64,000 bases of DNA, taken from contig DOTD01000032.1 of NCBI GenBank assembly GCA_003513005.1, forward strand, positions 4,847-68,846, read 5' to 3'. A program made the position numbers and the translations under genes. Below the pieces are notes generated by a model. It saw only the letters and a list, made by a program, of their open reading frames with translations, did not search any database and was not told where the DNA came from. This document shows positions 11,286 to 21,400 of this stretch, one piece after another; position 1 is the stretch's first letter; every line of letters begins with the position of its first letter. This DNA is from Desulfotomaculum sp. (lineage in GTDB: Bacteria > Bacillota > Desulfotomaculia > Desulfotomaculales > Nap2-2B).

Positions 11286-11337
11286 TTGACATGGGAATGG
11301 TAAAAATAAGATAATTTATTAAAGGATCAACAGCTTC

Positions 11338-12975
11338 TTGACTGGAAAGGCATCAATCGTGGCAAATCCCGATGGAATAAAAGCCAACAGAGATATATCC
11401 GCAATAATGCGAAAAGTACGGTCGAGTGATACAAAACTCGAAGTAATGTTTCGTAAGTCTCTTTGGAACAGAGGGTTTAGGTATAGAGTGTGTCCGGTAA
11501 ACCTGCCCGGAAAACCTGATGTTGTTTTATCTTCAAAACGTCTGGCAATTTTTATAGATGGAGATTTTTGGCACGGTGGACAATGGCAAAAACGAAAATT
11601 ATCAGCCTTGGAAGAACAATTTCAGGGGACAAGCTCGAAGGAATACTGGTTAAGGAAAATCCGCGGCAATATGAAAAGGGACTGCGCCGCAACGACTTCT
11701 CTGTTGTCAAAGGGCTGGACTGTTCTTCGATTCTGGGAAAGCGAGGTTCAAAAGAATTTGGAGAAATGTATTGAACTGACTTTGGAAGTTGTAAAAAAAG
11801 AGGTTGAGCCGACTAAACTTTCGCTTGTTCCGCAAAAGACTTTTGCCGAATTTTTTGCGGGAATAGGTCTTATGAGAATGGGTTTAGAACGTCAAGGCTG
11901 GAATGTTTCTTACGCCAATGACATTGATCCTCAAAAACATGAAATATACAGATCGCAATTCAACGAATGTCAATCTTTTACATTGGGTGATATACATCAA
12001 ATTCCTGAAGAATCTGTTCCTACAGTTACATTGGCGACGGCTTCTTTTCCATGTAATGATCTATCTGTCGCTGGAGCGCGAAACGGATTATCTGGTAAGC
12101 AATCTTCGGCTTTTTGGGGTTTTATCCGCGTCATTGAGGAGATGGGCGCGCGCAGACCTCCTATAGTTTTGCTTGAAAATGTCGTTGGTTTTTTAAATTC
12201 CCGCAAAGGTGAAGACTTCAAAGAAGCTTTGCTTGCGTTAAACCGACTCAATTACGAAGTCGACGCATTTATTCTGGACGCCGCCCGTTTTGTGCCCCAA
12301 AGCAGACAACGTCTTTTTGTGATCGGAACATTAAAAGAATCCAGCATATGGGAAGTTCGGGAAACTCTTCGGTTTTACGAAAGTGATGTCAGGCCGAAAG
12401 CATTAGCGGATTTTATTTTTATGCATCCTGAAATAAAGTGGAACATACGTAATTTGCCGCCACAACCTGTAAATGAATCAACCATAGAATCTATTCTTGA
12501 GGAAATACCCGAAACTTCATCGGAGTGGTGGAGCAAAAAGAGGAACGAATATCTTTTAAATCAAATGAACCTTCGGCACAGGAAAAAAGCGGAGGAAATG
12601 ATAGCGGGAGAAGAGTATTCTTATGGAACAGTTTTTCGCCGTGTCCGGCATGGCAAATCAATGGCGGAGCTAAGAACGGATGGTCTGGCCGGGTGTTTGC
12701 GAACCCCGCGCGGCGGCAGCGCAAGACAGATTTTATTCGTTGCCGGAAAGGGCAAATACTTTGCAAGATTGCTTACTCCCCGTGAATGTGCCAGGCTTAT
12801 GGGCGCGGATGATTATAGAATAACGGTTCCCGTTAACCAGGCCCTCTTCGGATTTGGAGACGCTGTATGTGTGCCGGTTATAGAATGGATTGCAAAATAT
12901 TACTTAAACCCTTTAGTAAGCGAGTTGATTAGGGGGCGTCCACTTTATCCAATTCGAAAAGAGGTTAGCAAGTGA
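11338..12975 (+). CDS. Vsr-like mismatch endonuclease fused to DNA (cytosine-5) methyltransferase
   Basis: A single 545-aa ORF. The N-terminal ~140 aa are Vsr-like (SSDTKLEVMFRKSLWNRGFRYR...PGKPDVVL...AIFIDGDFWHG...WTVLRFWE). The C-terminal part has m5C-MTase motifs I (FAEFFAGIGLMRMG), IV (SFPCNDLS), VI (LLENVVGF), VIII (QSRQRLFV) and X-like GDAVCVPV. Confidence 0.85.
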   Translation: MTGKASIVANPDGIKANRDISAIMRKVRSSDTKLEVMFRKSLWNRGFRYRVCPVNLPGKPDVVLSSKRLAIFIDGDFWHGGQWQKRKLSALEEQFQGTSSKEYWLRKIRGNMKRDCAATTSLLSKGWTVLRFWESEVQKNLEKCIELTLEVVKKEVEPTKLSLVPQKTFAEFFAGIGLMRMGLERQGWNVSYANDIDPQKHEIYRSQFNECQSFTLGDIHQIPEESVPTVTLATASFPCNDLSVAGARNGLSGKQSSAFWGFIRVIEEMGARRPPIVLLENVVGFLNSRKGEDFKEALLALNRLNYEVDAFILDAARFVPQSRQRLFVIGTLKESSIWEVRETLRFYESDVRPKALADFIFMHPEIKWNIRNLPPQPVNESTIESILEEIPETSSEWWSKKRNEYLLNQMNLRHRKKAEEMIAGEEYSYGTVFRRVRHGKSMAELRTDGLAGCLRTPRGGSARQILFVAGKGKYFARLLTPRECARLMGADDYRITVPVNQALFGFGDAVCVPVIEWIAKYYLNPLVSELIRGRPLYPIRKEVSK

Positions 12976-13934
12976 AATCAAATGAAAAGTTCATTATAGC
13001 ATTTCAAAAATGGTACAGTGAATTGCCAATACATAGACCGAGTGGTGGACCGGCCAGGGGAACAATTAGCGCCGCTCTTATAGTTCTTGAAAGATTAAAG
13101 AGTGATTTTAACCTTAACTTGGATTCGCACAGAGCGGCGGGACAGTCGCAAATAAAAGGAGTTAGCGGAACGGCGGTTGCGCGCATATTGGCTAATCACG
13201 GAGAAATGAGGCCCTTTATAAAAGAAGGGGGGCGTACCAACCGCGGAGGACCGGGAGATATTGGTAAAATGTTGAGTTTTATTGCTACGATGCGCCTGGA
13301 AACCAAAACGACGGAAGAAAGAAATAAAATTCTTGATATACTTCAGTCGTTTTTAGTTGATAAAGTACGTGAATATCAGAACAGGCAGCGCTTAAAAGTT
13401 ATTTATGAGCCATCCAGTAGCACATGGCAATCTATTCATAATCTTCTTGCCTTAGCTCAAGAACAAGGCAAAGAAGGTCCTGTGGCCCAATATCTTGTAG
13501 GAGCGAAGCTCGGATTAAGATTTCCAAATTTACAAATTGGAAACAACTCCTACAGCACTGCGGACGATCAGCTTGGCCGCCGGGGGGATTACGAAATCGG
13601 AGATACGGTTTTCCACATAACCGTTGCCCCAATGCCGGCAATTTATGTAAAATGCAAAAGTAATATTGAAGCAGGTTTAAGAGTTTATCTGCTTGTTCCT
13701 GATCGTTGTTTAATAGGCGCTAAACAAAACACTGAGGCTGTTGTTGCAGGAAAAATTGTTGTCGAGTCGATTGAATCATTTGTTGGACAAAATATCGAGG
13801 AAATATCCATTTTTAAAAAGGATAGGATGAAGGAAGGATTTCTGCGTTTATTGGAAACTTACAATCAGAGAGTAAATGAAGTTGAGACTGATAAATCAAT
13901 GCTGATTGAGATACCTCAAAATTTACTAAAATAA
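12972..13934 (+). CDS. candidate cognate type II restriction endonuclease (uncharacterised family)
   Basis: 320-aa ORF whose GTG overlaps the methyltransferase stop (GTGA). Same AT-rich composition as its partner. I can name no catalytic motif with confidence, so the call rests on context. Confidence 0.45.
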   Translation: MKSNEKFIIAFQKWYSELPIHRPSGGPARGTISAALIVLERLKSDFNLNLDSHRAAGQSQIKGVSGTAVARILANHGEMRPFIKEGGRTNRGGPGDIGKMLSFIATMRLETKTTEERNKILDILQSFLVDKVREYQNRQRLKVIYEPSSSTWQSIHNLLALAQEQGKEGPVAQYLVGAKLGLRFPNLQIGNNSYSTADDQLGRRGDYEIGDTVFHITVAPMPAIYVKCKSNIEAGLRVYLLVPDRCLIGAKQNTEAVVAGKIVVESIESFVGQNIEEISIFKKDRMKEGFLRLLETYNQRVNEVETDKSMLIEIPQNLLK

Positions 13935-14001
13935 TAATCTGTTTTTTCAGCCAGAAAGAGACTCGAATAAGTCAAGAAGCTGATGCGGGCAAAAGCTAAT
14001 G

Positions 14002-14037
14002 CGGGGACGGGGTTGTTGGCACACTATAAACAAATGT
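14002..14037 (+). repeat. REP-like repeat, family A (GGGGACGGRGTTGTYGRCA...)
   Basis: GCGGGGACGGGGTTGTTGGCACACTATAAACAAATGT. Related copies at 16659-16689, 17502-17527 and (reverse) 46901-46932. Confidence 0.7.
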
Positions 14038-14091
14038 CACATGGCTAAATGTTTGATAAACGATCCATAGCACGGGAATTCGGAAATTGCA

Positions 14092-14140
14092 GGGACAGGT
14101 ACTCTTGATTTGCTTTTTACTAAATCAAGGAACCCGTCCC
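14092..14140. repeat. REP-like imperfect palindrome, family B (GGGGACGGTACTCTTG...)
   Basis: GGGACAGGTACTCTTGATTT ... AAATCAAGGAACCCGTCCC forms a hairpin. The arms resemble the repeats flanking the RAYT gene at 26.4/27.3 kb. Confidence 0.65.
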
Positions 14141-14159
14141 TTTACCTCATTTGTCCCCA

Positions 14160-14225
14160 TTATTTATTTTTCTTGCGTGAAAAGAAATCTTTTAGTGATT
14201 GCCACATCTTTTTAACGGTATCCAT
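14160..14225 (-). CDS. 21-aa ORF downstream of the radical SAM gene (speculative small peptide)
   Basis: ATG preceded by GAGGTGA at a 5-nt spacing. Encodes MDTVKKMWQSLKDFFSRKKNK and is followed by the hairpin at 14092-14140. There is no homology evidence. Confidence 0.2.
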   Translation of the reverse strand: MDTVKKMWQSLKDFFSRKKNK

Positions 14226-14295
14226 TAGTTTCACCTCAAATACAAGTTGTAACCTTTAAAGTAATAGTAAGGCGGTCAGATCAAGCGCTTTGCTG

Positions 14296-15678
14296 TCAAC
14301 CACTTTTTGCCAGGTATTTATTCTGACGCTCTTTCCAGATGCCGTCAGCAACGACACCCCAGCGTTCCGCCTTTTGGTCCAGAGATACGGCCGTGGGGCC
14401 GTCCAGGATCGTTTCTGCTCCCGGGTGGGTAGGGCGGGCTCCCGATTCGGTCACAATTACCCGCAGCGCATCCGGATTGTCGATGATCGGACAGGGCCGC
14501 AGATGGTTTTCGCAGAGGGGCTGATGCTTCTGGAATGAGGCGAATAAGGGTGAATGCAGGACTTCCAGCAGGTTCTTGTCTCTAATGTTGTCTACGGCGA
14601 AGTGGACGAAGCCGCAAGGCTCTACGTCTCCGGCGGCGTTGATGTGAAAATACCGCCGACCACCGGCGATACAGCCGCCGGTCATTTCTCCGTCGTTCCA
14701 GAAATCGCCCAGCATGATCGGCTTATTGGCGCGTATGTAAGGGATACGCTCAGCCAGGTAAGCCCGTTGTTCCGGCGTCACCATCATGTCCGGGTTGGGA
14801 TCACGCCCTATAGGGATATAATGAAATAGCCATCCGTAAGAGACTCCTTTATCGACCAGGAAGTCGATGAAGTCATCACTGGTCACTTCCATTACGTTAT
14901 CCCGTGTGACGGTAATTGACACCCCGAATATGGCCCCTCTTTCCTTTAACAGGTCCATGGCCTTTATTGCTTTACCAAATACGCCGGGGCCACGGCGGCC
15001 GTCTGTGCGTTCCTGCCAGCCCTCCAGGCTGATAGCCGGTGATAGATTCCCCGCCTCTATGATTTTGTCGGCCGTCTCCTTATCAATTAACGTACCGTTG
15101 GTATAAGCCATAAACGACATGTCGTTGTGCTTGTTAACCAGTTCGAACAGGCGAGGGTAAACGAACGGCTCCCCGCCAGACATAGCTGTCCAGTATATAC
15201 CCAGTTCCTTAGCCTCGGAAAAGAGCCGGTCCATCCTTTCAAAACTAAGCGAATCCTTTTTCGAGTATTTGCCGGCCCAGCAGCCATCGCAGGCAAGGTT
15301 GCAGGCGCTGGTCGGGTCGATCAGGAAGAGGTTTGGTATATGTACTCCATGTTTTTGCGACATCTGCTCCTGTTTTGGAATGCCGAAAATCATGGCGTTG
15401 ATGAACCAGTTATAAAGCAGGCGTTGTTTGATGTTGGGATGTGTCGTGGTGAACAACCGGTTGGTAAAAAACCGGACGGATGGATTCTGTTGGTAGGCTA
15501 GGGCTATCTGCTCTGCTTGTTCCTTGTGTTTCTTCTTGATGGGGAGCAGCTTTGTCAGCCCGATAATTTTCGGTAAGTTTACTTCCGGGTCTCTTTCAAG
15601 GTAGCCAATGGCCTGGCGAAGGACCTGTTCCTTTACAAAGTTTTTAGCGAAATCAAGATTGGCTTTTTCCCTATACAT
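14296..15678 (-). CDS. radical SAM protein with SPASM/twitch-like C-terminal domain
   Basis: 460 aa. CNLACDGCWAG (CxxxCxxC) cluster motif, GGEPF. C-terminal Cys pattern GGCIAG...GDVEPCGF...LCENHLRPCP. About 110-aa N-terminal extension of unknown function. Confidence 0.85.
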   Translation of the reverse strand: MYREKANLDFAKNFVKEQVLRQAIGYLERDPEVNLPKIIGLTKLLPIKKKHKEQAEQIALAYQQNPSVRFFTNRLFTTTHPNIKQRLLYNWFINAMIFGIPKQEQMSQKHGVHIPNLFLIDPTSACNLACDGCWAGKYSKKDSLSFERMDRLFSEAKELGIYWTAMSGGEPFVYPRLFELVNKHNDMSFMAYTNGTLIDKETADKIIEAGNLSPAISLEGWQERTDGRRGPGVFGKAIKAMDLLKERGAIFGVSITVTRDNVMEVTSDDFIDFLVDKGVSYGWLFHYIPIGRDPNPDMMVTPEQRAYLAERIPYIRANKPIMLGDFWNDGEMTGGCIAGGRRYFHINAAGDVEPCGFVHFAVDNIRDKNLLEVLHSPLFASFQKHQPLCENHLRPCPIIDNPDALRVIVTESGARPTHPGAETILDGPTAVSLDQKAERWGVVADGIWKERQNKYLAKSG

Positions 15679-15848
15679 ACCTATTAAACCTCCCGATTAG
15701 TATATTTTACCTTCCATGGTTATGATTGCTAGAGGGATGCAAGATCACCTCCTAAGGTGAATTTGATAAGTGTACGACAAGATATCTTTGAAAGATTACC
15801 CATATAACACAAATAACCCAAAAGGCCAAAATAATGCCCAAAAAAATT

Positions 15849-16541
15849 TTATGTTGTCCTTTCTAAAGCATCACTTAAAAATTTTACCAGTAACTTATTC
15901 TCTTTGGCGCTGAATTCCGAAATGTATTTTTGGAACTGGCCGACTTCGTCAGCCAGCCTGTCATTTATGACGTCATGCATATTTTTGACCGTTGCTCCCA
16001 GTGCCGTGCCGGCGAACAAACTTAGAATCAAATCAGGTTTCGGAGCTAATTGGAAAAGATTTCTCATTATCTTTATGGACTTGGCGCCCAGATTTTGAAT
16101 GTGGATAGTTAACACGGCTATTGTATAGGCGCTGATTATTATCGGCGCCTCAATGGCCGGCATCTCTTTCAGAAGGTCATCAATAATTTTTTTTGAGCCG
16201 CGCTCTTTAATATCTTCAAATATGCCAAGAAGTTTTTCTCTTGCAGCTTGCCATTCTTCCATATAATCAATTCCTTCCTTTTCCTTTAGGAATACTTCTC
16301 TTGCTTTTGATGTTGGAAGAAAAGCGATAGTTGAACGTCCCGGGTTTTTTTCTTCATGACTCACGTTGTACTCACTGCGCAAATAATCTTCTTTCTCTAA
16401 TTCCTTTAAGATATCGTACGCTGTCCATTTGCTGACTCCCAACGCTTCGGACACAGTGATATAGTGTACGGGCGAACCGGTAGCTTCGTGTATTTTTATA
16501 ATTTTGGATAAAAATTCTTTTCTTCTCTGAGTTAAAGTCAA
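15849..16541 (-). CDS. winged-helix transcriptional regulator (DtxR/MarR-like N-terminus)
   Basis: 230 aa. N-terminal wHTH (ITVSEALGVSKWTAYDILKELEKEDYL). Co-oriented directly upstream of the radical SAM gene. Confidence 0.55.
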   Translation of the reverse strand: MTLTQRRKEFLSKIIKIHEATGSPVHYITVSEALGVSKWTAYDILKELEKEDYLRSEYNVSHEEKNPGRSTIAFLPTSKAREVFLKEKEGIDYMEEWQAAREKLLGIFEDIKERGSKKIIDDLLKEMPAIEAPIIISAYTIAVLTIHIQNLGAKSIKIMRNLFQLAPKPDLILSLFAGTALGATVKNMHDVINDRLADEVGQFQKYISEFSAKENKLLVKFLSDALERTT

Positions 16542-16658
16542 TTATCTCACTCCCGTTAATAATCCCCCAAAAGACCAAAAAAACCATATGTATAGTAACT
16601 CGTTTTTAAAAGCCTGTCAAGAGAAATTTACCGAGACGGGATGCTGGGTTTAACTGAC

Positions 16659-16689
16659 GCGGGGACGGAGTTGTTGGCACACACAACCC
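16659..16689 (+). repeat. REP-like repeat, family A
   Basis: GCGGGGACGGAGTTGTTGGCACACACAAC. Confidence 0.65.
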
Positions 16690-16826
16690 ATTGGGAGCCG
16701 TCATGATTTTATATTAATCCCAAGACTGTTAAAAACAGCCTGTTCCAAGGCATGATGAGATAGATGAAAGACTTGCAAAGCACATAATAAAGGAATAAGA
16801 ATTAGAATAACAATCCAGCCAAACAT

Positions 16827-17297
16827 TTACTTATATTCTATTCCATTGAATTCGCACCATTCACGGGCGATTTCGCACAATGCTTCATATTTGTAAGCAT
16901 ACCAGTCTTTTTCGAGTCCATACCGAATAGTAAGATCTTTGAAACGGCGAAATGCTCCTCTGCCTTTTATCGCAGAGCACAATTAATTTTTAAGTTTTTC
17001 ATTTTCCTGCGAATAACAAAAGTCCTCCATAATCCTGTAATCGTTCACTTCATCCTCATCAGGCAGTTCTATATAATCATCCCAATTATCCAGCACTGTT
17101 AATGCTTCGCGAATAGCGTCTTGCTCCCAGCCCAGATATTTACTAAAATCATCATCTTCTTCTGAATCCTCGGCTATAGCCATGTATTCCGTGAGAATTT
17201 CAGCAATTTCACCTGTCTTTTTGTTCAGGTAACATACACACCCTTGTGTTAAACAATCTAGTTGATCGGCGATTTCTTTCAAGCTGACCGGTTTCAT
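16827..17297 (-). pseudogene. UPF0158-family gene interrupted by in-frame TAA
   Basis: The 104-aa ORF (16983-17297) stops at TAA 16983-16985. The same frame continues LCSAIKGRGAFRRFKDLTIRYGLEKDWYAYKYEALCEIAREWCEFNGIEYK to TAA 16827-16829. From memory, the GRGAFRRFKD part belongs to the same family. Confidence 0.55.
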
Positions 17298-17320
17298 ATC
17301 TTTATCATCCTTTTCATTGC

Positions 17321-17458
17321 TTACTCTTCATTTTCCGAAATATTCCGCTTATGCTTAACTTTTCGGGTGTAGTCTTTAATCGATTTATGGGGACGAGTAC
17401 CTGTATTGAACAGGGCTCGTGTTCTCCCTTTACGGATAATGGTTAATTTCTTTTTCAT
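17321..17458 (-). CDS. 45-aa basic ORF upstream of the UPF0158 gene (hypothetical)
   Basis: ATG 17458 preceded by AGGAGAA. Encodes MKKKLTIIRKGRTRALFNTGTRPHKSIKDYTRKVKHKRNISENEE. The longer track ORF (to 17632) runs through a REP-like repeat. Confidence 0.25.
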   Translation of the reverse strand: MKKKLTIIRKGRTRALFNTGTRPHKSIKDYTRKVKHKRNISENEE

Positions 17459-17501
17459 CGTGTTCTCCTGCTGAAGAAAGTCCGCGTACCGCGGTGCGTG
17501 C

Positions 17502-17527
17502 CACGGGGACGGGGTTGTTGACATACT
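17502..17527 (+). repeat. REP-like repeat, family A
   Basis: CACGGGGACGGGGTTGTTGACATAC. Confidence 0.65.
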
Positions 17528-17541
17528 CAGCCGGTATTTGC

Positions 17542-18309
17542 TTATAGAGTAAAAGCAGGTTCGTTGGCCAAGGATGTGATAAGCTCTTCCGCCAGCTTTT
17601 CCTTCTCTGTCTCTCCGGTGACAGCAAGCCATACCGAGCCTTCTGCGCCAGAGACGCCGCCTCCCGCGACAAGTTCGGCGATTGCCCCGGAGAGAATTGA
17701 GATTGCTTCAATTTCGGTGATAACCTCTCCCGGGACCGGAAGAAGACGCGGCCCATGGGTCCCGGGAGCATTGATCTTTACTGCCAGTTGATCAAGATTG
17801 CCTGAGATGCGCTTTTCTAATCCGACAGGCAGCAGCAGGCGTACGCGTCTTCCGATAACAGACTGCAGGGCGGCTGTTGTTGTGCCGCCACTGGGATGAC
17901 CGATGAGAATGGCAGCCCGTTTTTGCCGCAGGTCGAGAGAATTTGCTCCCTTTAAAATAACGTCGCCTTCCTTCATGTCGTCAACTATATCAAAAATAGT
18001 TTTCCTTTGCTGCCATTTACCCTTCATAATTACTACATCGCCGGGGAATCCTGTTTCATCCGGAAGTCTTCCCGTTTCAGTTACAGGTATGCCGGGCGGG
18101 AGTGTAAGGCCGCGAAAAAAGCGCCGCCTGTTAAATCCTGCCGCCTGGCCGGACAGGTTTAGTATTTCCTCGGCAGCATAGCCGTTTGTTGTACCTGCGA
18201 TTATTACGATGGTTCCCGAACGCAGAGCGGTTTGCACCGCAGGGTGGACGGCAATTGCTTTGGCAATTAATCTTTTGCCTGCCGCCGGTGTAAGAACGGT
18301 CTGGAACAT
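17542..18309 (-). CDS. conserved hypothetical protein
   Basis: 255 aa from ATG 18309 ([19 protein letters not shown]...). Coding-like, but I do not recognise a family. Confidence 0.5.
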   Translation of the reverse strand: MFQTVLTPAAGKRLIAKAIAVHPAVQTALRSGTIVIIAGTTNGYAAEEILNLSGQAAGFNRRRFFRGLTLPPGIPVTETGRLPDETGFPGDVVIMKGKWQQRKTIFDIVDDMKEGDVILKGANSLDLRQKRAAILIGHPSGGTTTAALQSVIGRRVRLLLPVGLEKRISGNLDQLAVKINAPGTHGPRLLPVPGEVITEIEAISILSGAIAELVAGGGVSGAEGSVWLAVTGETEKEKLAEELITSLANEPAFTL

Positions 18310-18437
18310 GCTGTTTTTCCTTTCTGTATTAGTATTACAGAAGCTGTTCCCGTGAAATACATATTCCATGCATGATCAGGTTGATCAGGTTGGCCTTTTC
18401 TTTTTAACAAAATCTTCTTTCAATAGCCTCAGTGACT

Positions 18438-21400
18438 TCAGTCCGCCGCCTTCGCCACTACTTTTAGCTTCTTTTTCTTGCTTGCAGAATTTCTCAGGTC
18501 ATCCACCACAGTGTATATTATAGGGACTATCAGAAGGGTTAAAAGTGTGGATGAGATCAGCCCTCCTATAATAGCGAAAGCCATAGGCTGGCGCATCTCC
18601 GAGCCGGTTCCCATAGCCAGAGCCGAGGGGAGCATGCCGAAAATCATAGCTAAAGTAGTCATCAGGATCGGCCGCAGGCGGATCAGGCCGGCATTCAGAA
18701 TGGCCCCCTTGCGTTCCACACCGGCGCTGCGCTGCTGTTTGATAAAATCCACCAGCAGGATGGCGTTTTTTGATACCAACCCTAAAAGCATGATGATGCC
18801 TATTCCGCCGACGACGGTAAGGTCGCTGCCGGTTACAAACAGGGCCAGCACGGCTCCGATTATGGCAAGAGGCAGGGCGAACATAATGACCAGCGGATCG
18901 AGGAAGCTTTCAAACTGCGCGGACAGAATTAAGAACATGAAAAGTATTCCCAAAAGCATTGCCTGTAACATGCTTAGAGCGCTTTCCATCATCATTGCCT
19001 GGTCCTCGCCGGCGCCGATGCTGATGCCTTTGGGCGTTTTCAGTTCACTGTTTAATTTTTTCATAAAAAGATTGCTGAATGTTCCCATAGATATACCGGT
19101 ATAATTTGCCTGAAGCTGTATTTCCCTGGACTTGTCATACCTGTTTATAGTGGAGGAAGATGTTGTAAAGACCTTCCTGGTTACCTGTTCAAGTGGGATC
19201 ATCATCAGCCCGCCGCTGCCTGGGTTTGAACTGGGTATATATATTCCGTCGAGGCTGTCCAGGTTTTTACGCTGTTCATCTTTTAACCGGACACGGACAT
19301 CATAACGGTCTTCTTCAGTTTCGTACTGCCCCGCTACGACCCCATTGTATAAAGTGTTCAACGTATCGCTTACCGCCGCGGGACTAACTCCCAGATCGGC
19401 AGCCACATCACGGTCAACATCCAGCCTTTCTTCAGGTTTTCCTGCTTTGCAGCTCAGGCCCACATCTACTGCGCCGGGAACATGGTTCATGATTTGCTTG
19501 GCCTTCTGGCTGTATTCCAGGAGTTGATTGAAATCATCACCTTTGATGTGATACGAAATCATCTTGCCCGAGGATAAAGATACAGAAGGAGAGGTCACTA
19601 CCGATAAGTCAATCCCGGGAACCTTTCTTAATTCCTCCCGCATTTTTACGCCGATTTCATCTGCGCTTTCTTTTCTGTCTTCTTTATCCGTAAGCTTTAT
19701 GCCAAGGCTGATACTGTCCGGCTGCACAGTTGTATATATATAACGGACTTCGGGGTTTTTCCGGACTATCTTTTCAAAAATCCTGGCTTTTTTATCAGCC
19801 TCATCAAGAGCCAGTCCTGAATCCAGACCGGCGCTGATATTAATCCACCCCCTGTCCTCGTTGGGCGAAAAACCTGTCCCCATTTGCGGAATCAGAGCCA
19901 GGCTCAGGAGAAACAAAACCGACACAACGGCAAGGGTTATAGCGCGGCGGTTTAAGACTTTACTCAGCAATCTCTGATAATAACCGGCTAAAAGGTCGAA
20001 CAAACGGTTAAACCAGGCCAAAAACCTTCCTACAGGCCCCTTAACGCCGCTTTCTTCCGCCTCCAAATACCTGGAAGACAACAGCGGCGCCAGGGTAAAA
20101 GAAACAAACAGGGAAACCAGTACACTGAAGATAACCGTAAGACCGAATTCGACAAGGAATCTTCCGATTAATCCGCTCGTCATAGCTATCGGCAGGAAAA
20201 TGGCCACAACGCTAAAAGTGGTGGACATTACCGCCAGGCCGATCTCGCTGGTGGCTTCCTTTGCTGCCTGCAACGGGGTTTTCCCCATGCGGATGTGCCG
20301 GACGATATTTTCGATGACGACTATGGAATCATCGATCAAGAGCCCGACAGCCAGCGAAAGGGCCCCCAGAGTTATAAAATTCAAGGTAAAATTCATGAAC
20401 TTGAGGATGGCGAAGGTAGTAATAATCGAAGTCGGCAGGGAGATTGCGCTGATCGCTGTGCTTCCCAATCTCCGTAAAAACAGGAATACTATTATGACTG
20501 CCAGAATGCATCCCTCAATCATGGTCTTTTCAACATTCCTGACCGATTCGCGGATGTCCTTGGAATTGTCGTTGACAATGTGAATTTTTACCCCGGCAGG
20601 CAGAGCGCTTTCAATACTTGCTAATTCTTTTTTGAGGTTGTCGGATACGGCTACGGTGTTGGCGCCGGACTGCTTGACGATGTCTATTCCGATACATTCT
20701 TTGCCTTCGTAATAGGATAAACTTGTTTGATCCTTAAAGCCGTCGACAACTTCCGCCACATCCCGCACACGGATCTCTGAGCCGTTGCGGGTTGCCAGCA
20801 GGATATCATTGAAGTCGTTAACGTTCTTGATTGAGCTGTAGGTTCTTAAGGTGATTTCCCTGGAGCCGTCCGAAACTTTCCCGCTGGGAATGTCAAGGTT
20901 ATCCTTTCTTAAGCCGCTCAACACTTCCGCTGTGGTGAGGTTCAGAGCGGCCAGTTTTTCCTTGTCCAGCCTGATTTGAATTTCACGTTTTTTGTCTCCG
21001 TAGACATCTATTGACCCAACCCCGCTGACTGTATTCAGTCTTTTGGTGATTGTGTCATCCACCAGCTCGGATAAATCATTGTTTTGCTGTTTTCCCGTGA
21101 CTACCAGAGATAAAATCGGCCTCGCGTCTATATCGAATTTTGTAATAACCGGCTCGTCAATATCCTGGGGAAGCGTGCCGCGGATGGCGTCCAGCTTTGT
21201 GCGGACATCCTGCGAGGCCTCTTCCTGCGGTTTTTCCAGGGTAAATTCAATAAAAGTAAAAGAGTACCCTTCACTGACGGTGCTTGTTATGTGCTTGACT
21301 CCGGATATTTGCCCGATTGTTTCTTCGACTTTTTTGGTTATCTTGGACTCGACCTGATCCGGAGAGGCGCCCGGCAGGGAAACGCTTACACCCATATAAG

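Noticed and set aside
11195-14000. Tn7-like element at the glmS attachment site
   Set aside because: No tnsABCDE-like genes and no Tn7 end repeats. Only an R-M block is present.
17459-17632. Long form (103 aa) of ORF 17321-17632
   Set aside because: Its N-terminal part runs through a REP-like repeat and overlaps the 3' end of the neighbouring gene. Only the last 45 codons have an SD.
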